Source of the DNA: Azolla caroliniana
Taxonomy: Eukaryota > Plantae > Polypodiophyta
Reading direction: 5' to 3'
Length of the DNA: 64,000 nt
NCBI GenBank assembly: GCA_043228905.1
Contig: JBHGNT010000014.1
Location: 7,130,001 to 7,194,000, forward strand
Both the position numbers and the translations under genes were made by a program. A model generated the notes under the pieces. The model did not search any database, was not told the origin of the DNA, and worked only from the letters and a program-made list of their open reading frames with translations. Positions within the stretch are counted from its first letter, which is position 1; every line of letters begins with the position of its first letter. This document shows positions 59,135 to 64,000 of the stretch, piece by piece.

Positions 59135-59712
59135 TGTCGCGGTTTTCCGCAAGTACGTGTAAGAATATAAGTGGGACCGCGGGAGTCTTGGACTAGGGAG
59201 TAGAGGGGGAATGGAAGCTTAGCTCGAGAGGAGAGGAGAAAGAATAGGACATAAACATAGAATGGATGAAGGCAAGTTATACAAACGAGTTATATTAAGA
59301 AACACCAAACGCTTTACAACCATGGTTGCATAGGCCGAACGAAAACACTATATGGAACCCTAACCGGATAAGTAAAGTAAAGAAGATGATGAAGAAGAAA
59401 CCCTAAACAAAACCCTAAACCCGAAATGGTATGAAGAAAAGAAGAATAGTAAAACCCTAGATGAAACCCTAAAACCGAAATGGAAACCCTCGACCTAAGT
59501 GGTATACCTCTCTCACTCAAAATAGGCAACCCCTTCACAAGAGACCCCTCCCTTCCTTTTATAGCCCAAGGAGGGAGGGACGTTACAATGTGGGATAAAT
59601 TCTCCCCCTTATTCTATACACCATTTTCCTACTATACATGTGCACATGTTGCACATTGCCGACTTGTCCATTCCATCCCGGTTTCACACTAAAGCCGGAA
59701 TTCTTCATGACA
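59135..59712 (-). mobile_element. Solo LTR (578 bp) with perfect 4-bp TSD ACGT in the gag of G
   Basis: TGTC..GACA ends, ACGT at 59131-59134 and 59713-59716. The host frame is restored (EIDTTRHRKPL). Confidence 0.88.
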
Positions 59713-62700
59713 ACGTCATCGCAAACCATTATTGGAAGAAGAAAAAGTAGTGACACCGAGCAAATCGACTATGTCTTTATTGCGGTGGACCAGGGCATAT
59801 TGCAGTGAACTGTCCCCATAGGCCAAGACGACAGGTGAACCAAATAGTTGCTAGTTCTAATTGTACTAAACCCGAGTCTATTTTAGTAGGAATATCTTAT
59901 AGTCCTAATAGTACTAATAGCCCAAATCTATCGAAAAAATTTGATTTCCTTAGTCAGTTAGAAGAAGAGTTAAATGACTAAGTCCGGCCAAAATAGGAGT
60001 CGTTTGGTTGGACAGCCCTCTTTGCAGCCCATTAGTGGTTCCATTCCCTCTAAGCAAGTTAGCAATGTGTTCTTAGCCCAAGCAACTGTTATTACTAAAA
60101 GTACCTCTCTAGTACATGTCTCAACACTCCTAGATTCCGGAGCTAATTCTTGCTTCATGAATAGGAATTTTGCCCAAGCTCATTAGATATCCCTAAGAAA
60201 ACTCCAGTGTCTAGCCTCTGTAGTAGTCATTGATGGTCGTCCCATTGCTTCCGGATATATAATAGAAGTGTCAGAGCTCGTTAATATTGTCCTAGATAAC
60301 TTAGCGTGTGTAGTATCCTTTCATATAATTAGCATCCCAGAACATCCCATTGTTTTGGGATTACCCTGGTTCGAATTACATAACCCAAACATAGATTAGC
60401 GAACAAGAGAATGGTATCGACAAACCCGAGGATCTACTCATAAGATTGCAACCATTTTGCTACATCATTTGTGTGAGGAAGGATGCAAGGAAGAAATGTT
60501 TCTCTTCACAGTATCAGTAAAACCCTCCAGCACCACTAAAGACGAGTCCACTGTTCAACTTCCAGAGAAGTATCTTCATTATGTCAATGTGTTCAATAAA
60601 GTACAAGCCAATATGCTTCCTCACCATCGATCATATGATTGCCCCATCGATTTACAACTGGTAAAAGAGCCACCATGGGGACCCATCTACAATTTGTCAC
60701 CAACCGAGCTAGAAGTCCTTCGAGCCTATATAGAGCAGAATTGGATCACTTTGTCTCATCGTAGATTAATGTGGCTTGAATAAGGTCACCATCAAGAATA
60801 GGTATGCACTTCCCCTTATCTCAAGTCTTTTAGAACGGATCAATGGTGCAAGGTTCTTCACAAAGATCGACTTACGAGGAGCACATAACTTCATATAGAT
60901 CTGACTAGGAGATGAATGGAAGACCACGTTTTGCACCAGATATGGGCACTTCGAGTATACGGTCATGCCATTCGGCCTCACTAATGCGCCAGTAGTCTTC
61001 CAACACATGGAAAATGATATATTCCGAGATCTCTTGGATGTTTGTTTGATCATCTATTTGGATGATCTACTGGTTTTTTCAAAGACCCAAGAAGAGCATG
61101 ATTCTCATGTACTGTTAGTACTAAAATGACTTCGAGAACATGGTCTTCATGCAAAGCTGGAAAAATGTAGTTTCGAGTGCAACCAGGTAGAATTTTTCGG
61201 CTATGTCATTTCCTCGAAAGGCATCTCCATGGATCCAACTAAGGTCAAAATAGTGGTAGGGTGGCAGACTCCGCTTTCATTGCGAGATGTGCAATGCTTT
61301 TTAGGCTTTGCCAATTTCTACCGCAAGTTTATACAGGATTACTCAAAGCTTGTTCTGCCTCTCACACGGCTCACCAGGAAGGGACAATCGTTCGTTTGGT
61401 CTGAAGAAGAAGACATGGCTTTTGAGGTTCTTAAGAAGGCATTTACATCAACTCCTATTCTGGCTCATGTTGATCCGGAAAAACCATTCATCATCGAAGC
61501 AGACGTGTCGGATTTCGCATTGGGTAGCATTCTGTCACAACAAGACGATGATGAAAAGCTCCATCCTGTGGCTTTCCACTCACGCAAGTTTGACGCCGCC
61601 GAAATCAACTATGAAATGCATGATAAAAAGCTATTAGCAATAATGGACACTTTTACGCAATGGAGGCATTTTCTAGAGGGATCTTCTCATCAAGTCATTG
61701 TATTCAGTGATAACAAAAACCTTGCCTACTTTTAGAATGCTCGTGTGTTAAATCGACTTCAAGGTTGGTGGGCCCAATTCCTCACTCGTTTCGACTTCAA
61801 AATTACATATCGTCTGGGGAAGCAACAAGGGAAGGCAGATGCATTATCACGGCTCTCGTATCTAGCACCGCGTCCTGGCGAGCAAACTTTCGATAACCAA
61901 AAGCAAGTAATCCTGGGACCAACACGACTGCAAGCAACGCAGGTCTTCGGTATGCCCTTGGATTCCCACGTTATCGATACCATACGTAAGGACTTGAAGA
62001 CAGATTCTTTCGTCCAAACCATTCTAGCACAAATTGATCCCTCTTGAGCATCTTGTTCGCAGTCGCAGCAACCAGGTACGGACTATCGACAATTCGAATG
62101 TCATGATGGATTACTATTCTTTAAGAAACTCTGGTATGTTCCTAATGGTTCTTGTCGCCTTCGAGTAGTCCAAAACTGCCATGACACATATACAGTTGGT
62201 CATTTTGGTAGTACTAAAACATTAGATTTAGTACAATGATCATTCTAGTGGCCCCATATGCGATAATTTGTTGAAGATTTTGTTCAGACTTATGATACAT
62301 GTTGGAGAGCAAAAAATGCCAAGGCATCATCCATATGGTTTATTAGAACCATTACCAATTCCAAGCAAGCCGTGGCAATCCATTGCTCGAGATTTCATCA
62401 CAGATCTTCCGGTCTCTAAGGGATTTGATGCGATCTTAACAGTAGTAGATCAATATACAAAGATGGCTCATTTCCTGCCATGAACTAAGGAAATCTCTAG
62501 TGAGGAAACTGCTGAAACTGTCGTGCGTGAAGTATGTCGGCATCAAGGCCTTCCCGATAGTATCATCAATGACCATGGACCCCAATTCGTCTCGAAATTC
62601 TGGAAGCACCTCTTTAAAATGCTCAAGGTCACTTGTAACCTCCCCTCTGGCTACCACCCGCAAACAAACGGCCAAGCAGAACGAACAAATCAAACGTTGG

Positions 62701-64000
62701 AGCAATATCTTTGGTGCTTTCTAAGCTATCATCAAGATGATTGGGCAGATATTCTCCACTTCACCGAATTTGCGTATAATTACTCTGTCCACTCATCGAC
62801 AAAGGTTACACCATTTTATGTTTATATGGGTTGTCACCCCTAGTGGTGTGTATTCCCAAAATCCTTGCACAAGATACAAGAGGATTTATCTACTCATCTA
62901 CAGCAAGCTGAACAAACACACAAGGTTTATGTAGATCGTCATCGGCTTCCATCTAGTTTTAACATTGGAGATTGGGTATGGCTACTTCGACAACACATCA
63001 AGACTACTCGCCCATGCGAGAAGTTGGATTATCGGCGATTAGGTCCTTTCCGTATTTTCGGAAAAATTAATGATGTCACTTTTCGTCTCGATCTACCTCC
63101 ACAACTTCGGATACATTCGGTGTTTCATAGTTCTCTCCTTGAACCCTATCGAGACAGCACCATCACAGGTCGTATTAAACAACCTCCACCCCCGATCGAA
63201 CTTGAAGATGGAGGTTGAACCTGAGTACGAGGTTGCCGCCATCCTTGATTCCAAGATTGTTCACAACAAACTCTACTATTTAGTCGATTGGCTAGGATAT
63301 AGTCCCAACGAGTGTACTTGGGAACCAATAGAGAATGTGACCAATGCTCGTGCTTTTCTTGAAGACTTCCATCGTCAATATCCAGACAAACCGGATCCTC
63401 AATCCAAAACAACTTGTGACACTCGTCTTTTTAAAGGCGGGATAGTGTCATGATTTGGCAAGACTTGAACCCATGACCTTATGTTACATGGGTCAAGCTC
63501 TTGACCATTAGACTATATATTGTAATACGAAAGATATTATTTTCATTTAAGTTTTACTATAGAAAATTGATGTATATTCCAAATTTCTTTGGAACATTCT
63601 AGAAACTTCAGGAGTACTCCTGAGAACATTATAAAAGGAGGCACAAGGCATTATTTCGAACCAAATCAGTTCAACGCCAGTCTTAAACCTCGTACCTACT
63701 ATTGTATATTCTCTTAACATAATATATAAACACATTCGCATTCACAAGTGGAATGATCACGCATAAAGGGAAGGATAAGGAACATTTTGATTGATTTTAG
63801 TACTTTTTCAATGATTTTACAAAACACATTGATACCAATATCATACATGTTCAAATATATTATGAAAAAGGTTTAAAATCCACTATTTTCGTGATTTAGA
63901 AATAAATAAATAAAGAGGAATTTCAAAAAGTTACGTTCTCAATTTATATCACAAACTTTACAACCAATGTTATTTTATAAGAAACGATTTTTTAGAAATC

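Larger units (their letters stand above)
52045..63727 (+). mobile_element. Degenerate chromovirus G (family A); 5' LTR 52045-52502, truncated 3' LTR from 63446
   Basis: TGTCATGATATGGCAAGACTC start, gag from 52597, protease LLDSGANSCFM, RT, RNase H, integrase, chromodomain YEVAAILDSK..WLGY, PPT-like AAAGGCGGGATAG before 63446. Confidence 0.9.

Noticed and set aside
63728-64000. AT-rich tail as a possible host promoter or intron
   Set aside because: No ORF, splice structure or recognisable motif within the window.

Overview
No host gene is recognisable in this window. It is a nested pile of plant LTR retrotransposons plus one LINE fragment. Tcn1-like chromoviruses alongside Copia and non-chromovirus Gypsy remnants suggest a non-seed land plant (inference). 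Elements whose ends could be resolved by hand: chromovirus A (7652-21938, -) contains Copia C1 (9289-18041, -), which contains a 2.3-kb non-autonomous LTR element (11185-13528) and a solo LTR with a 4-bp TSD (14977-15857). Decayed Copia D (27555-46142, +) contains a very young Copia E (27878-33200), a deleted Copia F (34892-39083, -) and a near-intact chromovirus B (39329-45023, -). Chromovirus G (52045-~63727, +) is split by a 0.7-kb duplication enclosing captured fragments. Main observations: (1) the 2.3-kb element has no polypurine tract; tRNA-Arg-type primer sites face both LTRs, and it encodes one coiled-coil protein; (2) three different LTR families carry antisense RNA polymerase III A/B boxes at tRNA spacing in U3; (3) the chromoviruses show covarying Tf1-type self-priming duplexes, phased heat-shock elements and a conserved -1 frameshift signal. 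Coordinates were counted by hand. tRNA isotype assignments are from memory of plant tRNA 3' ends and need a database check.
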